A stretch of 25,324 nt of DNA from Chiloscyllium plagiosum (Eukaryota), in contig NC_057718.1 of assembly GCF_004010195.1 (NCBI RefSeq), positions 102,130,059 to 102,155,382 of the forward strand, read 5' to 3'. Both the position numbers and the translations under genes were made by a program. Shown one piece after another: positions 11,061 through 21,699 of this stretch (its first letter is position 1; each line of letters opens with the position of its first letter). The notes beneath the pieces were generated by a model, which was not told the DNA's origin, made no database searches, and saw only the letters and a list, made by a program, of their open reading frames with translations.

Positions 11061-11439
11061 GCTTATTATCCACAAATAGCCTCTGAATGTACAAGGTACT
11101 ATCACAACTCTACAGTTATGTGTTCGCAATTTTGAGAAAAACAGTTTTGAATGTTACCGATTCTATTTACAAAACAGAGAATTATAGATTTCAGCCTGGG
11201 TCTCTACATCAGCGATGATTGAAAACAATCTTTCATTTAATTATGTTTCGCTGTGGTCCCTTGGAGGGGATAACAATCTTGTATTAATGACTCATTGCGA
11301 GAATGTAAATTGGACAGCGACCAGAACAAAAGTGAAGAACTACAGGTGGGAGAATGAGCGCGTTTGAAGTGTCAGGGTCTTAATTGGAACATGGCTTAGC
11401 TTTTCTACATAAGTCACGGGGGAACAGCATACATCTTAC

Positions 11440-11447
11440 CTTGACAA
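11440..11447 (-). CDS. Candidate 8-nt micro-exon TTGTCAAG
   Basis: TTGCCTTTTGTATGGTTTTAG|TTGTCAAG|GTAAGA; restores frame between the two larger exons. Confidence 0.25.
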
Positions 11448-11493
11448 CTAAAACCATACAAAAGGCAAGCATGCTGCTGACAGAGATTCCACC

Positions 11494-12560
11494 TTGATTG
11501 ACTGATTGATTGTCACGTGTACCAAAGTACAGTGAGAAACTTTGTTTATGAGCAGTACAGGCAGATCCTAGTAAGCAAGGATGTACAGATCAGAGAGACT
11601 TAGACAGAGGCATACAGGTTACATGTGCACTAGGGGAGATCAGCATTAGTAAGATCAGCATTATTTGAAATTAGAAAGTCCATCCATCAGTCTAATAACA
11701 GCAGGGAAGAAGCTGTTCCTGCCCCTGTTGGTGCGTGTTCGCAATATTCTGTATCTTCTGCCTGACAGATGAGGGTGTAGGAGATCATTACCGGGGTGGG
11801 AGGGGTCTTGATGTTGGTAGCCTGTCCACGGCAGCGAGCTGCGTAAATGGAGGCCGTGGATGGGAGGTTGGCTTCCGTGATGGTCTGGGCTGTGCACATC
11901 ACTTTCTGTAGACTACTACAGTCCTGAGCAGAGCAGTTGCCGTACCAGGCCATTATGCACCCAGACAGTATGCTTTCTATGGTGCGTCTGTAGAGGTTGG
12001 TGAGGATCCTTATGGACATGCTGAATTTCCTGAGCCAGCTGAGGAAGGAGAGGTGTTGTTGTGCCTTCCTGACTGTCGTGTCTACATGGGAAGGCCAGGA
12101 CAGATTGTCAGTTATCGTCACTCTGAGGAACTTGATGCTGGGCTGTGCATATCACTTTCTGTAGACTATTACAGTCCTGAGCAGAGCAGTTGCCGTACCA
12201 GGCCATTATGCACCCAGACAGTATGCTTTCTATGGTGCGTCTGTAGAGGTTGGTGAGGATCCTTATGGACATGCTGAATTTCCTGAACCAGCTGAGGAAG
12301 GAGAGGTGTTGTTGTGCCTTCCTGATTGTCGCATCTACATGGGAAGGCCAGGACAGATTGTCAGTTATCATCACTCTGAGGAACTTGATGCTGTCCACCC
12401 TCTCAACCTCAGCTCCGTTGATGTAAATGGGACTGTGTTCTCTTCCTTTCTTTCTGAAGTCAATGACCAGTTTTGCCAACATTGAGAGAGAGGTTGTTCT
12501 CATTGCACCACATCATCACAAGTCCTCTGTCTCCCTTCTGTACTTTGACTCGTCGTTGCT
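11494..12560 (-). mobile_element. Rex1/Babar-like LINE 3' part with internal 253-bp tandem duplication
   Basis: LVIDFRK..INGAEVERVDSIKFL..LSW..KAQQ.L.FL..YRRTIESILSGCI.AWYGNC..KDPSHP motifs; (TCAA)n tail. Confidence 0.85.
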
Positions 12561-12679
12561 AGAGCTACTTAGAAGAAAGCTCTCTCTAGAGACAGGGGGA
12601 GATACTTTGAAGAAGCCATTGTACAGAAACTAGGCAACTACAATCGCCACATCTGCCAAACCAGAAGCCAGCAATCCTT

Positions 12680-12888
12680 CATAGGAGCAGATTATTGCAG
12701 ATGCTGGAATCTGAACTGAAAACAAAAATTGCTGGAGATCACAGCGGGTCAGGCAACATCCATGGAGAGACAGCAAGCTCATGTTTTGAGTCTGGGTGAC
12801 TCTAATGAAGAATTATCTCGATTCAAAACATGAGCTTGCTCTCTCTTCATGGATGCTACCTGACCTGTTATGATTGCCAGCAATCCTT
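12680..12888 (-). mobile_element. Penelope-type palindromic element (family B) with decayed core
   Basis: Inverted arms; core CTAATGA AGAAT..ATTC AAAAC; TSD GCCAGCAATCCTT at 12667-12679 / 12876-12888. Confidence 0.7.
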
Positions 12889-13086
12889 ATTCACTCTCTC
12901 TCTCAAAATCAATTGTACTGCTGAGTCTGTCTGCACAAGAAAGAAAACAACTATTCAACTATAGAAATCACTGCAGATGCTGGGCTCTCTTCCCAGTCTC
13001 CGATCACTTCGAAAAGAGAGATCTTCAGGTAATCAATGGGTCTGCAACGTTAAAGAACAGAATTCACAGTCTACTCTATGCAGAAC

Positions 13087-13124
13087 AGTTCTGAGGAAGG
13101 GTCACTGGACCTGAAACGTTAACT
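13087..13124 (+). ncRNA. Minimal type-I hammerhead ribozyme motif heading a family C arm (arm continues to about 13225)
   Basis: AGTT CTGAGGA AGGGTC ACTG GACCT GAAACGTT AACT: stem I, catalytic core, stem II and palindromic stem III. Confidence 0.65.
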
Positions 13125-13772
13125 CTGATTTCTCGCCACAGACAATGCCAGACCTGCTGAGCTTTTCCAGCAATTTCTGTTTTTGTTTTTGATTTACAGC
13201 ATTCGAAGTTCTTTTGGCTTTTAGTTTGTTGACTTTATCTTTGTCATCTATCCATAGCTACTTTTAATCTTTATCTATATGTTAACTAACAGTTTTACTA
13301 AATAGCATTCAGATACCACTGTGTGATAAATTAACCGATGATCTTGTTAAAGTCAAAGCTTTTTTGCTATTTTTATTTTAAAATTGGAACAGCAAAAGCA
13401 AGCTGAAGTGGACTACAATGTATAAATATATCATTTCACATTTCATTGGCCACCCAGTGGACTTGCCTGGTGGTCATAACAATATCAATGGCCTTGGTGT
13501 GTTGCTGTTGTTACTCGGCGGTAGTATTTTCACTTTTTCACTAAGTCTATGGGTTTGGTTTCCATTCCAGGAAGAATTGCAACAGCATGAGCCAAAGGCA
13601 TTTTCAAAAAGGGGGGTGGGAATAGGTTAGTGTCTGCCATCCCCCATGGCCCCGTCATGCGGCCTGTCTTTCCTGTTGGAATTTTTAAGTGTGTCAGAGT
13701 TGTTTGTGTATCAATCCTATGAGCTAATTATTAATCAGACTACGCAGAGTTCTTACCTCATTACTCGGGATT

Positions 13773-14057
13773 GCGAGTTCAGAGTAAGAGGGGAAAGGTT
13801 TAGGGGAGATATGCTTGGAAAGTTTTTCACGTAGAGAATGGTGGGTGCTGGAATGCGTTGCCAGTGGAGGTGATAGAAGGGGGAACGATAACATTATTTA
13901 AGATGTATCTAGGCAGATACATGAATGGGCAGGGAGCAGAGGGATACAGATCCTTAGAAAATCGGCTGCAGATTTAAGGTGGAGGCTCGGGATCGGCGCA
14001 GGTTTGGAGGGCCAAAGGGACTGTTCCTGTACTGTAATTTTCTTTGTTCTTTGTTCA
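13773..14057 (+). mobile_element. CR1 LINE 3' end
   Basis: FRVRGERFRGD..GKFFT.R peptide followed by TTCTTTGTTCTTTG tail. Confidence 0.8.
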
Positions 14058-14206
14058 TTGAGATCTGCGCTTGTTCACTTGAAGTGGCCGAGCCCAAACA
14101 GATATGTCAAAAGGATTCATTTCAATAATAGATATTACTCTATTCCAATATACAGCACAGCTTCTTCAAGGTGTCAGTAAAACATGAAACATATCAAATT
14201 CTTGTG

Positions 14207-14397
14207 GCAAAGATAGAAGTTGCTGGAAAAGCTCCCACAGGTCTGGCAGCACCTGTGGAGAGAAATCAGAGTTAAAGTTTTGGGAAGGCTCACTCAAAAT
14301 GTTAACTCTGATTTCTGTCCACAGATGCTGCCAGACCTGCTGAGCTTTTCCAGCAATTTCTATTCAGATTTGCAGCATCCACAGTACTTTCGAGTTT
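14207..14397 (+). mobile_element. Palindromic element (family C), core deleted
   Basis: Inverted arms; TSD TCAARTTCTTGTG at 14194-14206 / 14398-14410. Confidence 0.75.
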
Positions 14398-14423
14398 TCA
14401 AGTTCTTGTGATTTTGGATATTA

Positions 14424-14642
14424 CAAGTAGTCTTGCTACTACTTGAGAGTTGCGTTCCTATGTGACCCCGCCCTATACAAAAATTCCATAATATAAATAC
14501 ACTTAAAGTGTTGGCAATGTAATCACATGAAAGCTAACACACACGATAAACGTTTGCATTTTAGAAGAAGCAGTTTGTATTCACCCAATCACGTTACAAC
14601 CAATTTGCATTAACGAAAGACACACTACAGCAGAACTGCCGG
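14424..14642. mobile_element. MITE, inverted relative of 2991-3206
   Basis: TA-flanked; internal segments are the reverse complement of the first copy (e.g. AAAGTGTTGG, GTAATCAC, ACCCCGC). Confidence 0.65.
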
Positions 14643-14771
14643 TATTTTAGTCCAGATTGTTCTGTTTTTCTATAAGATCAGGCTAGATGTTGGGTTTCTT
14701 GAAGCAATATTCGTCAGGAGTAGTAACATGAGGATATAGCGGCAGAGTTCCCTGCTCTGAGCTCCTCTGAT

Positions 14772-15063
14772 TAGAATAGAATCGCTACAGTGTGGGGACA
14801 GGCCCTTCACCCAATCAGTTACACACCGACCCTCCGAAGAGTCACCCACCCAGACCCACTTCCCTCTGGGTAATTTAGCATGGCCAGTTCACCTGACCTG
14901 CACATCTTTGGATTGTGGGAGGAAACCGGAGCATCTGGAGAAAACCCACGCAGACACGGGGAGAATGTGCGAACTCCACACGGACAGTCGCCCGAGGCTG
15001 GAATCAAACCCAGGTCCCTGGTGCTGTGAGGCAGCAGTGCTAACCACTGAGCCACTGTGCCAC
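14772..15063 (-). mobile_element. HE1-type V-SINE, near full length
   Basis: tRNA-like A/B boxes, V domain and CR1-like tail. Confidence 0.9.
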
Positions 15064-15364
15064 CCCAAAACTCACAATGTGAGGAAACCTGTGCACATAA
15101 ACCCCAAGGGATTACTAATCCATCAGTTTAACCACTCTGTCATGAGCGCATCTCATTTCAACCTTCTAGAATAGTTTCCAACACATTGTCAGTGAACTCA
15201 CAATGTATCTCTGACACCCATCTTCAAAGTCATTAAACTCTATCTCTGGTCGTATCACCTCGGAGATGGGACAGAATCATGTTAGCACCATAATTGGACA
15301 TACGGGCAATGGAGAGTGATCACCCCGTTTGTTTTTAAATGTCTATCCACTGCGAACAAAACAG

Positions 15365-16010
15365 TAAAGTTTGTCTAATGAGGAGAGATGGAGCAGCTTA
15401 AGCTTCTACTCTCCAGAGTTTAGAAGAATGAGAGGAGATCTAACTGAGGTAAATTATGTCTCTGAAAGGGTCATGAATCTATGGAATTTACTCTCAGCTC
15501 AGGAATTAGAATCCCTACAGCGCAGAAAGAGGTCACTTGGTCCATCATATCTGCTTGGACCCACCAAAGAGCATCCCACCTCGACCCAATCTGTCCTGTA
15601 ACCCTGCATTCCCCATGGCTAACCCACCTAGGCTGCACACCTCTGGACACTAACCTGCACAGCTTCATACTGTGGGAGGAAACCCAAGTAGGGGAGAACA
15701 TGCAAACTCCACACAGGTAGTTGCCTGAGGCTGGAATCAAACCTGGGTTCCTAGTATTGTGATGCAGCAGTGCTATCCACTGAACCACCATGCCACCGTG
15801 GGACATTGAGTTAATACTGGGACATTGAGCACATTTAAGGAGGAGACAGACAGATTTTTAATTAGCAACAGACTAAATGGTTAGGGAGAGGGTATGGAGA
15901 GGGCAGGAAAGTGGAGTTGAGGCTGAGATGGGATCACCTTGATTATATTGAATTAGGGAGCAGGCGTGAGGGGCTGAATGGCCTACTCCTGCTATTCGTT
16001 ATTCTGTTCC
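15365..16010 (+). mobile_element. CR1 LINE 3' fragment interrupted by an HE1 SINE
   Basis: YSPEFRRMRGDLTEV and ERVMNLWNLL peptides; tail GGCTGAATGGCCTACTCCTGCT. Confidence 0.7.
15505..15800 (-). mobile_element. HE1-type V-SINE
   Basis: Collinear with 14772-15063. Confidence 0.8.
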
Positions 16011-16154
16011 CAGGAGTTGGCTGCAAAAAGAGGGACAGCAGCAACATCAATATTACAGCTGAACATTTGGATTCAAGAACAGCCTGAAAACTTTACAGTT
16101 TACATAGCAAGGTGGGGGAGGGGGGAATGGGGTCGAACTTGGATTTAGTGTGGG

Positions 16155-16310
16155 AGTCAAAAAGTGTGGCGCTGGAAAAGCACAGCAGGTCAGGCTTATG
16201 CCCGAAACGTCGACTCTCCTGCGCCTCGGATGCTGCCTGACCTGCTGTGCTTTTCCAGTGCAGCACTTTTTCACTCTGACTCTCCAGCATCTGCAGTCCT
16301 CACTTTCTCC
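16155..16310 (+). mobile_element. Palindromic element (family A), short left arm
   Basis: GGCTTATGCCCGAAACGTCGAC half-core; TSD 16140-16154 / 16312-16326 with 2 mismatches. Confidence 0.8.
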
Positions 16311-16630
16311 CTGGATCTAGTGCGGGCTTGGTATCAGGAAGGGGCACTATGTCATCATCCATGCAGCCCCAGATTCCTGACTTTCCGAATCTTGGATCAT
16401 GCCTGTGCTGTGCCTTAACAGGAGTCAAAGGGAAGGATAATTCCATTGGGTCTGCACTATTGAATGGGGTTGGGCTTTACACCTCAGACTGTGAATATCA
16501 CAATATCAGCTCGAGTAGGATCCTCCCTCCCAACACTCCGAGGTTGCCACCTTGCTGATTAGCTGTGATCGAGTGGTAATTACATGCCAGGTAAATGGCC
16601 CCAATGTTAACACATATTTGGTCATAGAAA

Positions 16631-16975
16631 GGGAGGTAATGGCCTAATGGTTTTACTGCTGGACTGTTAACCCAGAGGCCCAGTTAATGTTCTAGGGATC
16701 TGGATTTGAATCCTACTAAAGGAAAGGTGGAATTTGAATTCAATAAAAAACTGGAATTAAGAGTTTAATGATGACCATGAATCTGTTATGGATTGTCATG
16801 AAAAACCCATCTGGTTCACTAATCCCACTCAGAGAAGGAATCTGTTATCCTTACCCAGACTGGCCTACATGTGATTCCAGACCTACAGCAATGTGGTTGA
16901 CTCTTAACTGCTCTCTGGGCAATTAGGGATGGGCAATAATGTGATGCCCACATTCTGTGAATGAATAAGTAAAAA
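16631..16975 (+). mobile_element. tRNA-derived SINE with CR1/L2-like tail
   Basis: TGGCCTAATGG and GATTTGAATCC boxes; second copy at 21930-22460. Confidence 0.7.
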
Positions 16976-17066
16976 CACAAATGTGGGGGAGCTTTTTAAT
17001 GCACCTCGTACATCAAGGTAGATACTTAACAGTCTGATGATAAAGCCAGGTTCGCAATGTGCCTAC

Positions 17067-17304
17067 CTCAAAAATCTCCTGGTGACCTGCTCTGGTACTT
17101 ATCAGCTCCTGTCTTGCTAATGTGGCCCTGAACGGGTCAGCATTTCGGCCTGCGTTCACAGCAACCGACAATTCTGGATTGTTGGACTGGCGAGTGCTGT
17201 TTGGGGGCGTCTTTGGACTGCTTAAGAAGCAAGACCGTCTTTTGCTCCTTTCCAACATGTCCCTGGTGCTTTGTCCTGGAACTCCAAAATTCCTCAGCAC
17301 CTTC
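17067..17304 (-). CDS. Putative internal coding exon (238 nt) KVLRNFGVPGQSTRDMLERSKRR...ARQELISTRAGHQEIFE
   Basis: Acceptor TTCCTGTCTGGTTTGTGTTGCAG|G and donor GAG|GTAGGC; only one minus frame is open across the exon; unique sequence. Confidence 0.6.
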
Positions 17305-17380
17305 CTGCAACACAAACCAGACAGGAATAAATTGCTTTCATTGTGTGTGATTTCTACCTTTTCAAAAAATGCCAGGATTT

Positions 17381-17698
17381 GAATCAGAGAATCCCTACAG
17401 TGTGAAAACAGGCCTTTCAGTCCAACAAGTCCACACCAACCCTCTGAAAAGTAGCCTACCAGACCCATTGCCCAATATTTACCCCAACCAATGCACCTAA
17501 CCTACATATCCCTGAACAGCATGGCCAATCCACCCTCAACGGCACATCTTTGGATTGTGGGAGGAAACCACAGCACCCAGAGGAAACCTGCACAGACACA
17601 GGAAGAGTGTGCCAACTCCACACAGACAGTCACCCAAGACTGGAATCGAACCCAGGTCCCTGGTGCTGTGAGGCAGCAGTGCTAACCACTGAGCCACC
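17381..17698 (-). mobile_element. HE1-type V-SINE
   Basis: Collinear with the other copies. Confidence 0.85.
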
Positions 17699-17744
17699 TT
17701 ACCAATTGATATTGGCATATTAATCTTTATGTATTTAACAATTG

Positions 17745-18165
17745 AAGAGCAGGCTGGAACATAGCAGACAGAGGGGTGACCTTATAGAGTTCTGTAAAAT
17801 CATTCAAGGCGTAGATAAGGTTGATAGCCAACAGCTTTTCCCCACAGTACGAGGAGTCTAAAACTAGAGGGCATAGGGTTAAGGTGAGGGGGAGAGACAC
17901 AAAAGGGTCGAGAGGGGCAATGTTTTCACACACACAGTGGTGAGTGTCTGGAACGGGCTGCCAGAGGTAGTGGTGGAGGTGAGTACAATTTCATTATTTA
18001 AGAAACAATTGGCCAGGTACAGAGATGGAATAGGGATGGAGCGATATGGACCAAACACAGGCAAATGGGACTAGATTAATTGTGAAAACTGTGCGGCATG
18101 GGAAAGTTGGGCCGAAGGGCCTGTTTCCATACGGTTCAGCTGTTATGACTCTCTACGACTCTATG
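17745..18165 (+). mobile_element. CR1 LINE 3' end
   Basis: RGDLIE, KTRGHR.KVRG and NVFTHTVVSVWNGLP peptides; (ACTCTATG)-type tail. Confidence 0.85.
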
Positions 18166-18169
18166 TAGA

Positions 18170-18530
18170 GAAGTTGAGCAGAAAGATCTGGGCTGACACT
18201 CATGGACAGCACTGAGGGAGTGCTGCTCTGATGGAGGTGTTGTCTTTCAAATGAGACATTAAGCCGAGACTCTGCCTGGCCTATCAGGTGGACATCAGAG
18301 ATACCCGAACACTATTTTGAAGAGCAGGGGAGTACTTCCATTGGCCAATAGCTGTGCCTTGAACAACATTGTCACTAAATAGAAATAATCTAATTATCAC
18401 TGGGCTGTAGGAGCTTTCAGTATACAGTGCAACCACTATGTTTCATACATTACAACAGTGAGTACAATTTGAAAGGTACTTTATTGACGCTAAGATGTTT
18501 TGAGATATTGTAAGGTCATGAAAGGCCAAA
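18170..18530 (+). mobile_element. Deu-domain SINE (SacSINE1/AmnSINE-like), degraded
   Basis: GGCTGACACT..CTGAGGGAGTGCTGC..GTCTTTC..ATGAGAC.TTAA..CAGGTGGAC..GAAGAGCAGGGGAGT..ACATTACAACAGTGA recognised by eye; tail echo at 18823-18880. Confidence 0.65.
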
Positions 18531-19279
18531 CAGCCTTTTGGGAGGAACTATCTTTCAGAAGCATGATATTTTACATTAGACAGCCAAAATTACTTGATTT
18601 TATAACTTAAATTGTGTTATCTTTGTAACAAACTTAGACAGATGTCGATAAACCCTTTTAGTGTTTATCCACATGTTCATCCACATAGGCCACTGCACAA
18701 CACAATTTCCCTGTCTGGGAGAGGGCTTTTACAAACTTCTAGGACCCCATGCCCAGTATTGTAAGCGAATGGCGTCTTGCAGGAGGTTTTATTGCCACTA
18801 TAGTTCCAAAGGTCTTGATTCGCGTGAAGCATTATGGAACATCCTGAGGATGTGACGGGTGCCAGCGAAATGCAAGTTCTGTCTTTTTTTTTGTTTCGGT
18901 TGTGTAATGCACACCTCGTGAAGCAATTCCATTTGGCGTGATGTGAGGGAGGTTAGTGCTTATTTTGTTGATGCGATCAACAGAAGCTGTGCTGCTGACG
19001 TTACTGAAGGAGATCGAAGGAGGTAGCAGCTGGCATCCACCTCTCTTACTGAATGAGAGCTTAACAACGTCATAAAAGGGAACATTGAAACATTTTCCAT
19101 CTTTAGTGACCTGTTTGTCATTCTAATGAACAGTCAGAAACAACTTCCCCTGGTTTATTTCCAGAGTGTGACAACAATGCGCTGCTAACCGTAGCTTCAA
19201 ACACTGCAACTATTAATGTCAAAGCGCTCCCATGTCACTGACATACTATGGCCCATTAAGACAATACATTGTGGACACT

Positions 19280-19745
19280 ACAAGACTGAAGGGGTTAGAC
19301 ATTGAGGTGTTTTCATATTTGCTGTAAGACAGAGACTAGGCGCCATCAACAGAAGTCAGTCACGAAAACATCCAATTAGGAATTCAGGAAACCGCACAAT
19401 ATAGGAGCACAAGTAGGCCATTCGGCCCATAGAGACTGCTCCCCCATTCAGTAAGCTCATGGCTGACCTGATAATCCTCAACTCCACTTTTCCCAGTGAC
19501 CTTGCCGATTACAAATCTGTCTCTCTCAGCCGTGAATATAATTAACAACCCAGCCTCGGCAGCCCTCAGCGGTAATGAATTTCACAAATTCACTGACTTC
19601 CTTACTCGCAGCGTGGTGGGAGTGTGGATGTTCCTTTCTCAGTGAATATGGAGGTGAATAGTGTAGATGCACTTGAAACATTACTGATCTTGTGCAGTGT
19701 GAAAGGATATTTAGAATCTGCTAAGCTAGGGGAAAACATTACTTT
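19280..19745. mobile_element. Nested degraded CR1 fragments (plus-strand host, minus-strand insert at about 19395-19600)
   Basis: Reverse CR1 tail GTAGGCCATTCGGCCC lies inside plus-strand CR1-like sequence. Confidence 0.5.
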
Positions 19746-19833
19746 ATTTAAGAACCATCCCACCATGGCTTCATTTTGCCACAAGGCTGTGAGAGAGAAA
19801 GCAAGATCGTGATGTATCAGCTCCCATGATAAT

Positions 19834-20003
19834 TTGGAGTCAATAAAATGTAGAGCTGGAAAAGCACAGCAGGTCAGACAGCATCAGAAGTCCTGATGAA
19901 GGGTCCTGACCTGAAATGTTGACTCTCCAGCTCCTCCAATGCTGTCTGACCTGCTGTGTTTTTCCAGCTCCACATTTCATCGACCCTGCTGTCCCTACTC
20001 TTC
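19834..20003. mobile_element. Palindromic element with hammerhead core at 19889-19924
   Basis: AGTC CTGATGA AGGGT CCTG ACCT GAAATGTT GACT; TSD CCCATGATAAT at 19823-19833 / 20004-20014. Confidence 0.75.
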
Positions 20004-20354
20004 CCCATGATAATGTATCCTGTGTCTCATGAACACATCACACAGCCTGATCAAATCCCTCAGACTGCCCATTTGACAGGAAGCTAGGTAAAAGCAGGAG
20101 TGAGAAAGGAACAAAGTCATGTTTTGATAAGGTTAATGAAGAACAATGCAGGGTCAGTATAAAAACCAGATCGGACTAGTTGGGCCAAATGGTCTGTTTT
20201 GAACAATAGACTGGATGTAATTCTATTTCATAAAAATACGACTTGACCCTGGCCTGGCTTAGCAACAGCAACCAGAGATTGACAGTCAGATTAACAAATT
20301 GGATTCTATCACAGCCCCCTCCATCCCCCACCCCCAAACATATCCTGAATCCAC

Positions 20355-20609
20355 AAGAATCATAGAATAGAATCTCCTCCGGTCTACACTGACCCTTCAA
20401 AGAGCATCTCACCCACCACATCCCTATAACCCTGCACTTAGGCCAATTCACCTAACCTGCACATCTTTGGACAGTGGGACGAAACCTCAGCAAACCCACG
20501 CAGACACAGGGAGGATATGGCAAACTCCACACAGACTGTCACCTGAATGTGGGATTGAACCCGGGTCCCTGGCGCTGTGGGGCAACAGTGCTAACCACTG
20601 AGTCACCGT
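20355..20609 (-). mobile_element. HE1-type V-SINE
   Basis: Collinear with the other copies. Confidence 0.85.
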
Positions 20610-20611
20610 GG

Positions 20612-20888
20612 GGTCAAGGACTGAATTGAGAAGGAGCTTCTTCACCCAGAGGGTTGTTAGTCCATGGAATTCCTTGCCCTGTGAAGTAGTTGATGCTATT
20701 TCAGTAAACGTTTTTAAAGCTAAGGTAGTTTTTTTTAAAACAGTAAAGGAATTAAGGGTTATAGTGAGCGGATGGGTAAGTGGAGCTGAGGCTATGAAAA
20801 GCTCAGCCATGATCTTATTGAATGGTGGAGCAGTCGCCAAGGGCCAGATGGTCTACTTCTGCTCCTGTTTTTTATGTTCTTATGTTCT
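20612..20888 (+). mobile_element. CR1 LINE 3' end
   Basis: RTELRRSFFTQRVVSPWNSLP peptide; TTATGTTCTTATGTTC tail. Confidence 0.85.
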
Positions 20889-21221
20889 AAGGAGGAATTT
20901 GAAGTCGCCTCAGTTGGCACAGACAAAAGTCAAGGTGGAGCTGTCCAGTTTTATGATCCTGTCACTCTGCCTGTCTGAGTTCAATGTGGTTAAGGTTTTC
21001 ACTGGACAGAACCTACCTGAAGCTTACAGGAATGTCAGAGACGGGATAAATCTTAGTCCTGTTGATCTCTGAGGGACACCTTAACTTCTGAATGAACACA
21101 TGAGACAGACAAAAAAATCTTTGTCTGGTTATCGCTTAGTTGAATTTGCCCCTGATCTAATCACTGTTAGCAAAGTTGCAATCATCATCGTCAACATCCT
21201 ATAGTCTAGTTAGGATCAGCC

Positions 21222-21352
21222 TCATTCCTGATGAAGGGCTTTTGCCCGAAATGTTGATTCTCCTGCTCCCCAGATGCTGCCTGACCTGCTGGGTTTTTCC
21301 AGCACCACACTCTTGATTCTAATCCCCAGCATCTGCAGAGCTCACTTTTGCC
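21222..21352 (+). mobile_element. Single family A arm starting at a hammerhead core
   Basis: TTC CTGATGA AGGGC TTTT GCCC GAAATGTT GA. Confidence 0.75.
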
Positions 21353-21399
21353 TCTAGTCTTGTTAAAATGAGAGGCACACAGCAAGTCCCACAGGTATG

Positions 21400-21680
21400 T
21401 GGATATCCTCACGCAATGCCTCGTACTGATGGCTGAAGAGATCAATCTGTGAGACAAGATTCTGCTGCAAATGGCTATTGGGTGTCAGTGCAGGTTCTTG
21501 TTCTGTTTGGTGTTGGTACCTGTTGTCAAACCTGGTGACGATGGCAGCACACGATGGCCCAGAGGTGATATCGCCATTTCCCTCTGTCTTCACCTAGTGT
21601 CTCCCACGTCCGGGAATCAACATCTAAGACCTTTACGTCACAGATCATGAGAGTCCTTGGCGGAGTTGATGACCTAGTGG
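21400..21680 (-). mobile_element. RTE-clade LINE C-terminal remnant
   Basis: DVKVLDVDSRTWETLGEDRGKWR and CSR..QIDLFSHQ resemble the RTE C-terminus and zinc-finger remnant. Confidence 0.6.
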
Positions 21681-21699
21681 TGTTATCACTAGACTATTG

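Noticed and set aside
13418..13640. Possible exon with a GC donor near 13468
   Set aside because: All three minus-strand frames contain stops
21363..21593. Minus-strand ORF as an upstream host exon
   Set aside because: Better explained as an RTE LINE C-terminal remnant, and the acceptor is purine-rich
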